Notes: generated by a model not told the origin, from the sequence alone. DNA of 26,871 nucleotides from a virus (IMGVR_UViG_3300032332_001057:1-26871); one strand, 5' to 3'. Counted from the first letter of the stretch, positions 7,606 through 15,490 are shown. Made by a program: numbers and translations.

Positions 7606-7944
7606 ATGAGACACTCAGCAGACGGCAACGAACCGCGCCGCACCCGATCGCAGCGCACAAGATGGAACACGCAGGACGCAGCGTGGCACGAGATCCAGCC
7701 CGCGCTGTCAGGCATCGGCGCGCGCGTGTTCGATTCGATCCTCAGCAGCCCCGCGACCTGCGACGAACTTGAAACGAGGCTCGACCTCACGCATCAGACG
7801 TGCAGCGCCGCCGTCAACAAGTTGATGCGCGACGGCCGCATCGTCGCCGACGGCGCTCGCCCGACGCGCTCGGGTCGATCCGCCCGCGTGTGGAAGGTCG
7901 CCATGCCCGAGTCGCTGTTCTCGTTCAACCTGGGGGCAGCGTGA
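7606..7944 (+). CDS. Winged helix-turn-helix DNA-binding protein
   Basis: AAGGAG RBS; ATCDELETRLDLTHQTCSAAVNKLMRDGRIVADGARPTRSGRSARVW is a wHTH with a wing. Confidence 0.75.
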   Translation: MRHSADGNEPRRTRSQRTRWNTQDAAWHEIQPALSGIGARVFDSILSSPATCDELETRLDLTHQTCSAAVNKLMRDGRIVADGARPTRSGRSARVWKVAMPESLFSFNLGAA

Positions 7945-8222
7945 AAGCGTCGTTGAAACTGTGGCACCACGCGTGCGACCTCGTGCTGCTCGCCGACTCG
8001 GGCGTGCAGCCGAACCGCATCGTGCTCGCGAAGCGTTGGAAGTGCACGATCAGAAACGTGTCGGCCGTGCTCGCGCGCGCGCACGCTCTGTACGGGATCG
8101 AGGTCGAGAGCCAGCGCCGCGACGACGGCACGCACGGCTACAACCTTGTGACCGCGGGGCTGATCGACCTGTCGCAACTCAAGCGCACCGCGCGCAGCGC
8201 CAAGCGAAAGAGGAAGGCATGA
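7941..8222 (+). CDS. Putative winged HTH regulator
   Basis: GTGA overlap; PNRIVLAKRWKCTIRNVSAVLARAHALYGIEV..GYNL pattern; basic C-terminus. Confidence 0.6.
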   Translation: MKASLKLWHHACDLVLLADSGVQPNRIVLAKRWKCTIRNVSAVLARAHALYGIEVESQRRDDGTHGYNLVTAGLIDLSQLKRTARSAKRKRKA

Positions 8223-8503
8223 GCGTTAACAAGCCAGGCAAGGCTCACCCTTGGTCGTTTCATCACGCAAGCAAGGGCACGCCGAAACCTCCGAGCGTGA
8301 AGGGCTTGACGTTCAGCGTGATCCGCAAGCCGTCGTTCACGTCCGTTGTGCGCGATGGCCTGCTCTCGATTGCGGGCAACTACCTGCCCCGCAGCGAGGA
8401 CGAACGTCGCGCGATTCAATGGATCCGCGAGGCGGCAGACCATGCCGAGCGCGCGCTCGTGCAGCAGAAACTCCGCGACCACGAGAGGAGATCCCATGGC
8501 TAA
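8219..8503 (+). CDS. Hypothetical protein
   Basis: ATGA overlap and GAGGAAGG RBS; MSVNKPGKAHPWSF..., 94 aa. Confidence 0.6.
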   Translation: MSVNKPGKAHPWSFHHASKGTPKPPSVKGLTFSVIRKPSFTSVVRDGLLSIAGNYLPRSEDERRAIQWIREAADHAERALVQQKLRDHERRSHG

Positions 8504-8696
8504 GAAGACCAAGGGCAAGCGGCAGAACTGGGCGGTCGCGGTGGACCACGCAATGCACGCCGACATCTCCGCGCTTGCGGAGGAATACAGCGCGACGCTT
8601 GGTTTCCGCGTCAGTCGCACCGCGGTGATCCGCATGAGCCTCACCGCGCTGCGCTACCTGCGCGATCGAAAGGCGGCTCGCAATGCAAAGCGATGA
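8496..8696 (+). CDS. Ribbon-helix-helix-like small DNA-binding protein
   Basis: GAGGAG RBS; MAKKTKGKRQNWAVAVDHAMHADISALAEE..VSRTAVIRMSL strand-helix-helix pattern. Confidence 0.6.
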   Translation: MAKKTKGKRQNWAVAVDHAMHADISALAEEYSATLGFRVSRTAVIRMSLTALRYLRDRKAARNAKR

Positions 8697-8973
8697 CTTC
8701 GTGGAGCGGCTGCGCCGTTACGATCAGGTTGGACCAAAGACGATCATTACCGAAGCCGCAGACGAGATCGATCGGCTGCGCGAACAACTGCGGCTCGCGA
8801 ACATCGACAACTTCAACACGACCGCAGAGGTCGAGCGGATGCGCACCGAGCGCGACGCGGCGCGGCGCGAGGTTTGCGCTTTGCGTCCAAGCGTTTGTCT
8901 TGGTGCGCAGACCGCTGTCGAGTTTGCAAACCATCGCGGATGGGACTGCTTTGACAACGACAAAACGGAATGA
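8683..8973 (+). CDS. Hypothetical phage coiled-coil protein (DxVERLR..EAADEIxRLR type)
   Basis: DDFVERLRR..EAADEIDRLREQL..ERDAARREVC..RGWDCF; overlaps both neighbours. Confidence 0.7.
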   Translation: MQSDDFVERLRRYDQVGPKTIITEAADEIDRLREQLRLANIDNFNTTAEVERMRTERDAARREVCALRPSVCLGAQTAVEFANHRGWDCFDNDKTE

Positions 8974-10658
8974 CCATGAAATATCTCAGCATTTGCTCTG
9001 GAATTGAGGCCGCAACAGTTGCATGGCATCCGCTTGGATGGACGCCCGTAGCGTTCAGCGAAATCGAGCCGTTCCCGTCTGCTGTACTCGCGCATCACTA
9101 TCCCAACGTGCCCAATCTTGGAGACATGACCCAACATGCAACTTGGCCTATTTACGCAGGAGACATTGATCTTCTCGTCGGTGGAACCCCTTGCCAGTCC
9201 TTCAGCGTTGCAGGACTCCGCAAAGGACTCAGCGACCCACGCGGAGGACTCATGCTTACCTACCTTGAGATCGCTCGGCGTTTACGGCCTCGATGGGTTG
9301 TCTGGGAAAATGTCCCAGGTGTCCTGTCATCAAACGGCGGACGGGATTTTGGTTCCTTCCTCGGGGCGCTGGGAGAATTGGGGTATGGGTGGGCCTACCG
9401 CGTCTTGGACGCTCAATGGGTGCGAACACAACGGCATCCCCGCGCCGTCCCGCAGCGCAGGCGACGTGTCTTTGTTGTCGGATGTCTTGGAGACTGGACC
9501 GCTCCAGCCGAAATACTCTTTGAGCGCGAAAGCGTGCAGCGGGATTCTGCGCCGCGCCGAGCGAAGGGGCAAGGCGCTGCCGCCGATGCTGCGGATGGCG
9601 CTCGCGCAGGGCAGTGGTGGGACGGAAGCGACTGCGCCGCGACCCTGACCAAGCAGAACGCCAACGGCGCGCAGCGGATGCCAGACAAGGACAACCTGGG
9701 CGCGGTGCTGACCTTGTTCCGCGCGGGTTCGATCAGCGGCTACACGGAGGGCGACGCGGCGGGCACGCTCCGCGCGGGGGGCGGCGGCAGGGCGGCGAAT
9801 CTAGCGGCGATGCAGCCCGTCCCCTTCCGCAAGTCGAAGCGCGCGCAGGTTCCGATGGCGACCATCGACATGCAGGCTTGCAAGGGAAGCGCCAACATCG
9901 GAGATGGAACGGTAAGTCCGACGCTGTGCGCGCCAAGCGGGAACGATGTTCACGCGGTGGCGTATGGCACCGACATGTACAACCACGCGATCACTGGCGA
10001 TGTCGTTGCAACGATGACCAAGGCGAGCGGTAGCGCATGCGCAACGGGGCCGACGGTGATGCAGGCAATCGGCTTCAACTGGCAGAACGCGGGCGGCTAC
10101 GGCAACGCCAACGAGGGACTCGGGATCACGGTCGAAGGCACGGGGCCGTTGCAGCGGTGTCAGACGCCAGCCGTCGCATTCTCGTGCAAGGATCACGGCG
10201 CAGACGCGGGAACGGTTGCGCCGACCTTGCGCGCGATGCCGCATGATGGTTCGCACGCGAATGGGGGCGGGCAGATTGCCGTTGCCCACGCCCTGCGCGG
10301 CGAAGGATTCGACGCAAGCGAAGACGGCACAGGGCGCGGCACGCCGATCATTCCTGTTGCGCCCTCCCTCACCGCATCGAACGACCCGTCGCGGTCGCCG
10401 CAGTCGGCAGAGGTGACGCAGCAGGTCGCGGCTGTCCATGCTGCGACCATGGCCTTGCGCCGCCTCACCCCGCGCGAGTGCGAGCGGCTACAGGCGTTCC
10501 CCGACGACTACACGCTGATCCCGTGGCGCAAGAAGCCAGCCGACCAATGCCCTGACGGGCCACGCTACAAGGCGCTCGGCAACTCAATGGCCGTGAACTG
10601 CATGGAGTGGATTGGGCAAAGGATTGACGCATGGGAACAAGGACAACGTCATGCATAG
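8970..10658 (+). CDS. DNA (cytosine-5)-methyltransferase with an expanded variable region (start may be 8976)
   Basis: Motif I YLSICSGIEA, IV GGTPCQSFS, VI WENVPG, VIII PQRRRRVFVVG, IX RRLTPRECERLQAFPD, X YKALGNSMAV. Confidence 0.93.
   Translation: MTMKYLSICSGIEAATVAWHPLGWTPVAFSEIEPFPSAVLAHHYPNVPNLGDMTQHATWPIYAGDIDLLVGGTPCQSFSVAGLRKGLSDPRGGLMLTYLEIARRLRPRWVVWENVPGVLSSNGGRDFGSFLGALGELGYGWAYRVLDAQWVRTQRHPRAVPQRRRRVFVVGCLGDWTAPAEILFERESVQRDSAPRRAKGQGAAADAADGARAGQWWDGSDCAATLTKQNANGAQRMPDKDNLGAVLTLFRAGSISGYTEGDAAGTLRAGGGGRAANLAAMQPVPFRKSKRAQVPMATIDMQACKGSANIGDGTVSPTLCAPSGNDVHAVAYGTDMYNHAITGDVVATMTKASGSACATGPTVMQAIGFNWQNAGGYGNANEGLGITVEGTGPLQRCQTPAVAFSCKDHGADAGTVAPTLRAMPHDGSHANGGGQIAVAHALRGEGFDASEDGTGRGTPIIPVAPSLTASNDPSRSPQSAEVTQQVAAVHAATMALRRLTPRECERLQAFPDDYTLIPWRKKPADQCPDGPRYKALGNSMAVNCMEWIGQRIDAWEQGQRHA
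9136..9648 (+). CDS. Nested +1-frame protein within the methyltransferase (beta-subunit-like)
   Basis: 170-aa ORF with GGAG upstream; C-terminal LSDVLETGPLQPKYSLSAKACSGILRRAERRGK resembles the LxDILE..KYxLS segment of C5-MTases. Confidence 0.65.
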   Translation: MQLGLFTQETLIFSSVEPLASPSALQDSAKDSATHAEDSCLPTLRSLGVYGLDGLSGKMSQVSCHQTADGILVPSSGRWENWGMGGPTASWTLNGCEHNGIPAPSRSAGDVSLLSDVLETGPLQPKYSLSAKACSGILRRAERRGKALPPMLRMALAQGSGGTEATAPRP

Positions 10659-10956
10659 CAACATCGACATCGTGACCGTTCTTCGTGCAAGGCTTGATGA
10701 TTGCGGATGTGAGAGCAAAGCAAACCAACCCTGCGGAGGGTGTGCGCACGACCAGCGCACGCTCAACGAGATCACGCGCCTGCGCGATGCGATCGCGAAC
10801 TGGTCGCGCGTCGATCAGGAATGGCTGAACATCGACGTGCCGACGGCCGAGGCGATGGAGAAACTGCGCGTCGCCGAACGGCATCTGCGCGCGGTGGCTA
10901 ACATTCCGCAACCGCGCGAGAGAACCGACGCGACTCTCGATGGAGAACTCGAATGA
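10651..10956 (+). CDS. Hypothetical protein with a Cys cluster and coiled coil
   Basis: AAGGA RBS; IDIVTVLR..CGC..PCGGC..NEITRLR. Confidence 0.65.
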   Translation: MHSNIDIVTVLRARLDDCGCESKANQPCGGCAHDQRTLNEITRLRDAIANWSRVDQEWLNIDVPTAEAMEKLRVAERHLRAVANIPQPRERTDATLDGELE

Positions 10957-11192
10957 GCGACCGACCCGACATCGTCGTCCGCCTGCGCAACATCGCGATG
11001 CCGCTGCTGGCCGACGAGGCGGGCGACATCGCCGAGGCTGCGGCCACGATCGAGGAACTCCGCGAGCAGTTGCGCCAGGCTGCCGAGGCGTACGCCGAAC
11101 TGCAACTAGCAGGACGGCAGATCATCGCGCGCAAGGTCGGCGACATCATCGCCCGCCAGTCGCTCGGCAATCATGCCAAGGAAGGCGACTAG
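10953..11192 (+). CDS. Hypothetical coiled-coil protein (DIVxRLR type)
   Basis: ATGA overlap and GGAG RBS; PDIVVRLR..EAAATIEELREQLR. Confidence 0.7.
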   Translation: MSDRPDIVVRLRNIAMPLLADEAGDIAEAAATIEELREQLRQAAEAYAELQLAGRQIIARKVGDIIARQSLGNHAKEGD

Positions 11193-11623
11193 TGCGGGCG
11201 TACGTCATCGACGTGCGCGGCACGCCAGCCGCGCAGGGCTCGAAGCGCGCGATTCGGTGCGGGTCCCGCACCCTGCTCATCGAGCAATCGAAGCGCGTCA
11301 AGCCGTGGCGCGCAGCCGTCGCCGCCGCTGCCGCCGAGGCGGGGTGCGTGCCCCGAGACGGCGACATCGAGGTGCGGATCACCATTCGCCTAGCCCGACC
11401 AGCCAACCACTACAACAGCAAGGGCGGCCTGCGCAGCGGGCTGCCGATCTACCCTGGGCGGATCGACATCGACAAGGGCGCGCGCGCCGTGCTTGACGCG
11501 CTCACGGGCATCGCCTACCGCGACGATCGGCAGGTCTGCCTGCTGTTCGCGCAACGCGTATGGGCCGACGATCCCGCGAACGAAGGCGCATTGATTTCGG
11601 TTTCCTTTGCACCGACGCCTTGA
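11192..11623 (+). CDS. rusA: RusA-family Holliday junction resolvase
   Basis: GTG start overlapping the upstream TAG; GTPAAQGSK, KPWR, DIDKGARAVLDALTGIAYRDDRQV catalytic pattern. Confidence 0.9.
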   Translation: MRAYVIDVRGTPAAQGSKRAIRCGSRTLLIEQSKRVKPWRAAVAAAAAEAGCVPRDGDIEVRITIRLARPANHYNSKGGLRSGLPIYPGRIDIDKGARAVLDALTGIAYRDDRQVCLLFAQRVWADDPANEGALISVSFAPTP

Positions 11624-11691
11624 CAGCCTACGAATCCGCAGGTAACTTGTTCGAGCCAACCGATTGTGGTTGGCTCAACTAGGAGTAGAAC
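11620..11691 (+). promoter_or_regulatory. Promoter + leader hairpin + conserved RBS for bet
   Basis: TTGACA-17-TAACTT (11620-11648); hairpin GAGCCAACC-gattgt-GGTTGGCTC (11653-11676); AGGAGTAGAAC (11681-11691). Confidence 0.75.
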
Positions 11692-11694
11692 GCC

Positions 11695-12666
11695 TTGGAA
11701 AGCACCGCCCTTACTGTCTCGTCGCCCGCCCAATCGCTCAGTCGGTTCGGCCAGGATCAGGTGGATCTCATCGCGCGCACCATCGCGAAGGGATGCAGCA
11801 ACGACGAACTCAGCCTCTTCATTCAAATCTGCAACCGCACGGGGCTCGACCCGTTCGCGCGGCAAATCTACGCCATCCGCCGCTGGGACTCGCGCGAGAA
11901 GCGCGAGATCATGCAGACCCAAATCTCGATCGACGGCGCGCGCCTGACCGCGCAGCGCAGCAACGAGTACGCGGGTCAAGACGGCCCGTACTGGTGCGGC
12001 GCCGACGGCGTGTGGCGCGACGTGTGGCTGTCGCCCGAGCCGCCGACCGCGGCGAAGGTCGGCGTCCTGCGCCGCGGCTTTGACGCCCCGCTGTACGGCG
12101 TCGCCCTGTTCAACGAGTACGCGCAGCGCAACCGCGACGGCGGGCTGTCGCCGATGTGGGCGCGCATGCCAGCCGTGATGATCGCCAAGTGCGCGGAAGC
12201 CTTGGCGCTGCGCAAGGCTTTCCCTGCGGAGTTGAGCGGGCTCTACACCACCGAGGAGATGGCGCAGGCCGACGGCCCTGCGGAAATCCCGACGGCACGC
12301 AAGTCGGAAGTTGCCGAGTTGTTTTCGCCGACATCAAAGCCCGCCGCGGCGCCCTCTGCTCCTGCTGTCGTTCAGACCGTGCCGACGACTGAAGCGCCCG
12401 CCTCTGCGGGGTGGTCGTTCCAAGGGTCGGACGTTGTCTCTGTAGTCAAGATCGTGCCCCGCGACAACGGGCAGACGGCGGTGCTGTTTGCCGACAGCGC
12501 GGGCGTCCGCAACTGGGTCGCGGTGGCGTCGGACATGGCGGGCTCGCTCGCCGTCGGCGCGCGTCGTGAACTCGCGTGGGATTGGGACGCCAAGGGGCAG
12601 TTCTTCCGCGCCGTGACCATCGAGCCCGCACCCGCGCAGCCGTCTGACGACGGCGTCGCATTCTGA
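11695..12666 (+). CDS. bet: Phage recombination protein Bet (RecT/Red-beta family)
   Basis: ELSLFIQICNRTGLDPFARQIYAIRR, QISIDGARLTAQRS, MWARMPAVMIAKCAEALALRKAFP..LSGLYTTEEM; TTG start after a strong RBS. Confidence 0.92.
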   Translation: MESTALTVSSPAQSLSRFGQDQVDLIARTIAKGCSNDELSLFIQICNRTGLDPFARQIYAIRRWDSREKREIMQTQISIDGARLTAQRSNEYAGQDGPYWCGADGVWRDVWLSPEPPTAAKVGVLRRGFDAPLYGVALFNEYAQRNRDGGLSPMWARMPAVMIAKCAEALALRKAFPAELSGLYTTEEMAQADGPAEIPTARKSEVAELFSPTSKPAAAPSAPAVVQTVPTTEAPASAGWSFQGSDVVSVVKIVPRDNGQTAVLFADSAGVRNWVAVASDMAGSLAVGARRELAWDWDAKGQFFRAVTIEPAPAQPSDDGVAF

Positions 12667-12683
12667 GATCGGAGCACCATACC

Positions 12684-13196
12684 ATGAGTCTCTACGCAAT
12701 CCAAAACGAATTGATGATTCTGCTCGATGCGTGCGCCGACAGCGCGGGCAACCTCGACCCAGCCACCGAGGCCGCGCTTGCCGAGCACACGCTCGCCCTC
12801 ACCGAGGCGTTCGACAGCAAGGCTGACGCGTACGCCGCGCTGATCCGCACGGCTGAGGTCCGAGCCGAGGCGCGCCGAGCCGAGGCCAAGCGGATGGTCG
12901 CGCTCGCCGAATCCGACGAGGCGCTTGCGTCGCGCCTGTCTCGCGTGCTGATGGACGCGATGGTCGCGACGGGCAAGCAGAAGGTGGACACCGAGCGGTT
13001 CCGTCTGAGCGTGCGCGCGAACGGCGGCAAGGCGCCGCTCGTGATTCACGACGAGGCCGCGTTGCCGCCCGACTACCGCGTGCCCGTATACTCCGAGCGG
13101 CTCGACCGCGACGCAATCCGCACCGCGTTGGAGCAGGGCACGGCCGTGCCTGGCGCCGCGCTCGGGCAGCGCGGCGTGCGGCTCGACATCCGCTGA
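12684..13196 (+). CDS. Siphovirus Gp157-family protein
   Basis: MSLYAI..KADAYAALIR..EAKRM..LMDAM..KVDTERFRLSVRANGGK..LDRDAIRTALEQG..VPGA.L..LDIR pattern; next to bet. Confidence 0.85.
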   Translation: MSLYAIQNELMILLDACADSAGNLDPATEAALAEHTLALTEAFDSKADAYAALIRTAEVRAEARRAEAKRMVALAESDEALASRLSRVLMDAMVATGKQKVDTERFRLSVRANGGKAPLVIHDEAALPPDYRVPVYSERLDRDAIRTALEQGTAVPGAALGQRGVRLDIR

Positions 13197-13211
13197 TTCG
13201 ATTCTACTCCG

Positions 13212-13252
13212 CCCCGTCGCGCGGCCTCGGCTGCGCGGCGGGGTTCTTTTTT
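13212..13252 (+). terminator. Intrinsic terminator after bet-gp157
   Basis: CCCCGTCGCGCGGC / GCTGCGCGGCGGGG stem (with G-U pairs) followed by TTCTTTTTT. Confidence 0.8.
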
Positions 13253-13272
13253 GCAAAATGTGTGCAGACCCC

Positions 13273-13356
13273 TTGCACCCTATGCCGATGCAGTGTAATG
13301 TCCCCGCAGGTCGATCGCGTGATCGACCGACGGACAGCAAACACAGGAGTAGAACC
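13273..13356 (+). promoter_or_regulatory. Conserved promoter-hairpin-RBS cassette
   Basis: TTGCAC-cctatgccgatgcagtg (17)-TAATGT; hairpin GGTCGATC-gcgt-GATCGACC; AGGAGTAGAAC. Confidence 0.8.
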
Positions 13357-13722
13357 ATGTGCAAGACCAAGTACAACACGACCCAGCGCGCCGCAGCCAT
13401 CGAGTCCATCGCGAACCGCATCTCCGAGTTTGGCGCTCGCGTGTGGAAGCGCAGGCCTGGCAAGGGCACGGTGTGGGCGATCGAGGGCCGCGCCGCGATT
13501 CAGGCCGCGATTGATGTCGTCTGGCAGGCCGACGTGATCAGCCTTGACGACAAGAAAGCGTTGCACCGCGAGATGGCGATCGCCGAAAAGGGCGAAGCCA
13601 TGCACCTGATGCAGTGCGATGGTTGCCAGGGCGCGATGCCGAGCGACATGCTGACCGAGGTCGGCAACGCCGACGACGGCCAATTCGCGTTCTGCGCCTG
13701 CTGCTTGTCCGACAACCGCTAA
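13357..13722 (+). CDS. Hypothetical early protein with a C-terminal zinc-ribbon-like motif
   Basis: ATG after the cassette RBS; CDGC...FCACC. Confidence 0.7.
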   Translation: MCKTKYNTTQRAAAIESIANRISEFGARVWKRRPGKGTVWAIEGRAAIQAAIDVVWQADVISLDDKKALHREMAIAEKGEAMHLMQCDGCQGAMPSDMLTEVGNADDGQFAFCACCLSDNR

Positions 13723-13745
13723 CCCCAAACCCCAGGAGAAACCCC

Positions 13746-14051
13746 ATGAGCACCACCGAATCCAATCGCAACATCGGCAACGCCCTGCTGGCCCGCATCG
13801 AAACCTACCGCGAGGAGATCCTCAAGTCGTTCCCGTCGCCGAACAACTACGACTACAACCTGCGCCTGTTCCACGGCGCGCAGGCGCTGATCGCGTTCGC
13901 CGATGAATGCTGCGTGCTCGATCCGCGCGCCGCCCGCCTGCATTTCGCGACGCTCGACAACGCGTTCGCGCCGCACCGCGCCGCCGAGGAGCGGCGCCGC
14001 TGGCCGAGCCTGAGCCCTGCGGGGCTCGGCGGCACGGGAGGTGGCGCGTGA
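13746..14051 (+). CDS. Hypothetical early protein
   Basis: AGGAG RBS; MSTTESNRNIGNALLARIE..., 101 aa. Confidence 0.7.
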   Translation: MSTTESNRNIGNALLARIETYREEILKSFPSPNNYDYNLRLFHGAQALIAFADECCVLDPRAARLHFATLDNAFAPHRAAEERRRWPSLSPAGLGGTGGGA

Positions 14052-14146
14052 GCAATCGCAACCCGCCCGAGCCGACCACGGCCGACCTCGTCGGCGGCGC
14101 CCTGACGTTCGCCGCCATCCTCGGCATCGTCATCTACCTGGTCTGA
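14048..14146 (+). CDS. Small membrane peptide (32 aa)
   Basis: GGAGGT RBS and GTGA overlap; MSNRNPPEPTTADLVGGALTFAAILGIVIYLV, single TM. Confidence 0.6.
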   Translation: MSNRNPPEPTTADLVGGALTFAAILGIVIYLV

Positions 14147-14148
14147 CC

Positions 14149-14352
14149 ATGCACGCACACAACACCACAGAATCGAAACTCCGAGACGCGCTCGCCGCGG
14201 CGCATCACGTTCCGCAACCGCACGGCGTGCACCTGCGCACCGCGATCGAGGTCGGCCGAACGATGTTGCAGCGCCCGACCACGCAGTCCTCGATGGACGT
14301 ATGGGCGGGAGTCATCCGCGCCTGCATCCGCGACGCCCGCCAGCCTGCCTGA
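14149..14352 (+). CDS. Hypothetical protein
   Basis: ATG 2 bp after the previous stop; ends just before a terminator. Confidence 0.55.
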   Translation: MHAHNTTESKLRDALAAAHHVPQPHGVHLRTAIEVGRTMLQRPTTQSSMDVWAGVIRACIRDARQPA

Positions 14353-14359
14353 CTCCGAC

Positions 14360-14395
14360 GATCGCGGTGCCCGAGAGGGTGCCGCGATCTTTTTT
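14360..14395 (+). terminator. Intrinsic terminator
   Basis: GATCGCGGTGCCC-GAGA-GGGTGCCGCGATC followed by TTTTTT. Confidence 0.8.
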
Positions 14396-14415
14396 CAGAA
14401 TCTTGTGCAGAGGGG

Positions 14416-14499
14416 TTGCACCCTACACCGATACAGAGTAGAGTCCTCGCATCGGACACGCGTCCGACTCAGACACCCCAACCGCAGGAGTAGAACACC
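14416..14499 (+). promoter_or_regulatory. Conserved promoter-hairpin-RBS cassette
   Basis: TTGCAC-cctacaccgatacagag (17)-TAGAGT; hairpin TCGGAC-acgc-GTCCGA; AGGAGTAGAAC. Confidence 0.8.
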
Positions 14500-14502
14500 A
14501 TG
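14477..14502 (+). repeat. 26-bp perfect direct repeat, copy 1
   Basis: CCCAACCGCAGGAGTAGAACACCATG, identical to 15544-15569. Confidence 0.9.
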
Positions 14503-14781
14503 CTGGCAACGACGATCGCGACCGTTCATTTCACCCGCGTCACCAACACCCACGGCACCCACTGCGTGCTCAAGTGTGAAGGCAAGGCCTACCGCTCGGA
14601 GCGCGACTTCGAGTTCAATCGTGACGAGCAGGCCGTGCATGCAGTCCGCGCGTTCGCGCAGGAGCGCAACCTGTGGGTGATCGGAGTCGCGCGCGTCGTG
14701 ATGCCGCGCACAGGCATCACGCAGTGGGTGTTCACGCTGGCGGCGCAGCCCGTGCAGGCCATCGAGGGAATCCGCTGCTGA
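14500..14781 (+). CDS. Hypothetical early protein
   Basis: 93 aa after the cassette RBS; TIATVHFTRVTNTHG..AVHAVRAFAQERN. Confidence 0.75.
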   Translation: MLATTIATVHFTRVTNTHGTHCVLKCEGKAYRSERDFEFNRDEQAVHAVRAFAQERNLWVIGVARVVMPRTGITQWVFTLAAQPVQAIEGIRC

Positions 14782-14863
14782 CGATCACCCGCTAGGCGCG
14801 CGCTACGGCGCGCGCCGTGCGGGCGACCGTCGCCCATGAGAACACCTACACAGGAGCAGAGCA

Positions 14864-15166
14864 ATGTCCAGCCAGATTCACGGTTACATCGGCGACTACA
14901 AGGTCACGCACGCGAAATCCCCCGCGCTGTTCGCGCGCTACGGCTTCGGCTCGTCGCTTTCGATGGAATGGTCTGCGGACAGCGACGGCGTCGCGTGCGA
15001 CGCCGTCACGATCGAGCAGGCCGACGGCACGTTGCACGAATGCGACGAGCGCGACATCGACGGCCTGCCGACCGACGTGCTTGCCGATCTCACCCGCATC
15101 GCCGTCGATGCCGCCGCCGTGTACCGCTCGGACAACGGCCTGGTGCATCGGGGGTACGGCCGATGA
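14864..15166 (+). CDS. Hypothetical acidic early protein
   Basis: AGGAGCAGA RBS; 100 aa, Asp/Glu-rich. Confidence 0.7.
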   Translation: MSSQIHGYIGDYKVTHAKSPALFARYGFGSSLSMEWSADSDGVACDAVTIEQADGTLHECDERDIDGLPTDVLADLTRIAVDAAAVYRSDNGLVHRGYGR

Positions 15167-15447
15167 TCACGATCACGCTCACCGCCGCCGAGGCCAACGC
15201 GCTCGCGTACGCGATCGGCGCCCGTCGCCGAGAGATCGAGGACCGCGTCGATGTCGCCGAGCGCCGCCGCGCCGTCGCCGTCGCCCGAGCGTACGCAAAG
15301 GAAGACAGCATGCTCGGCGCCGTCGCCGTGCAACTCGACCGCCAGATGGTCGAGGCCGACCGCGCCGAGCGCGAGGAGCGCGGCGACATCCAGGCGCTCG
15401 ACGGCATCCCGCTGTGGATGCTGGGCATGCCCGTCGAGCAGGACTAA
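15163..15447 (+). CDS. Hypothetical coiled-coil protein
   Basis: ATGA overlap; MITITLTAAEANALAYAIGARRREIE... Confidence 0.7.
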   Translation: MITITLTAAEANALAYAIGARRREIEDRVDVAERRRAVAVARAYAKEDSMLGAVAVQLDRQMVEADRAEREERGDIQALDGIPLWMLGMPVEQD

Positions 15448-15490
15448 AGATCCGCCCGAAACTTTTTTCCAAGATTCTTGCCCGACCTAC

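Noticed and set aside
12372-13728. Minus-strand ORFs across bet/gp157, one near the inverted GGAGTAGAA at 13202-13210
   Set aside because: They are antisense to well-supported genes, and there is no properly spaced start codon after the inverted RBS.
14785-14835. GC-rich inverted repeats between the 14500 and 14864 genes
   Set aside because: No U-tract or promoter; may be an mRNA processing or stability stem, but GC richness makes chance pairing likely.
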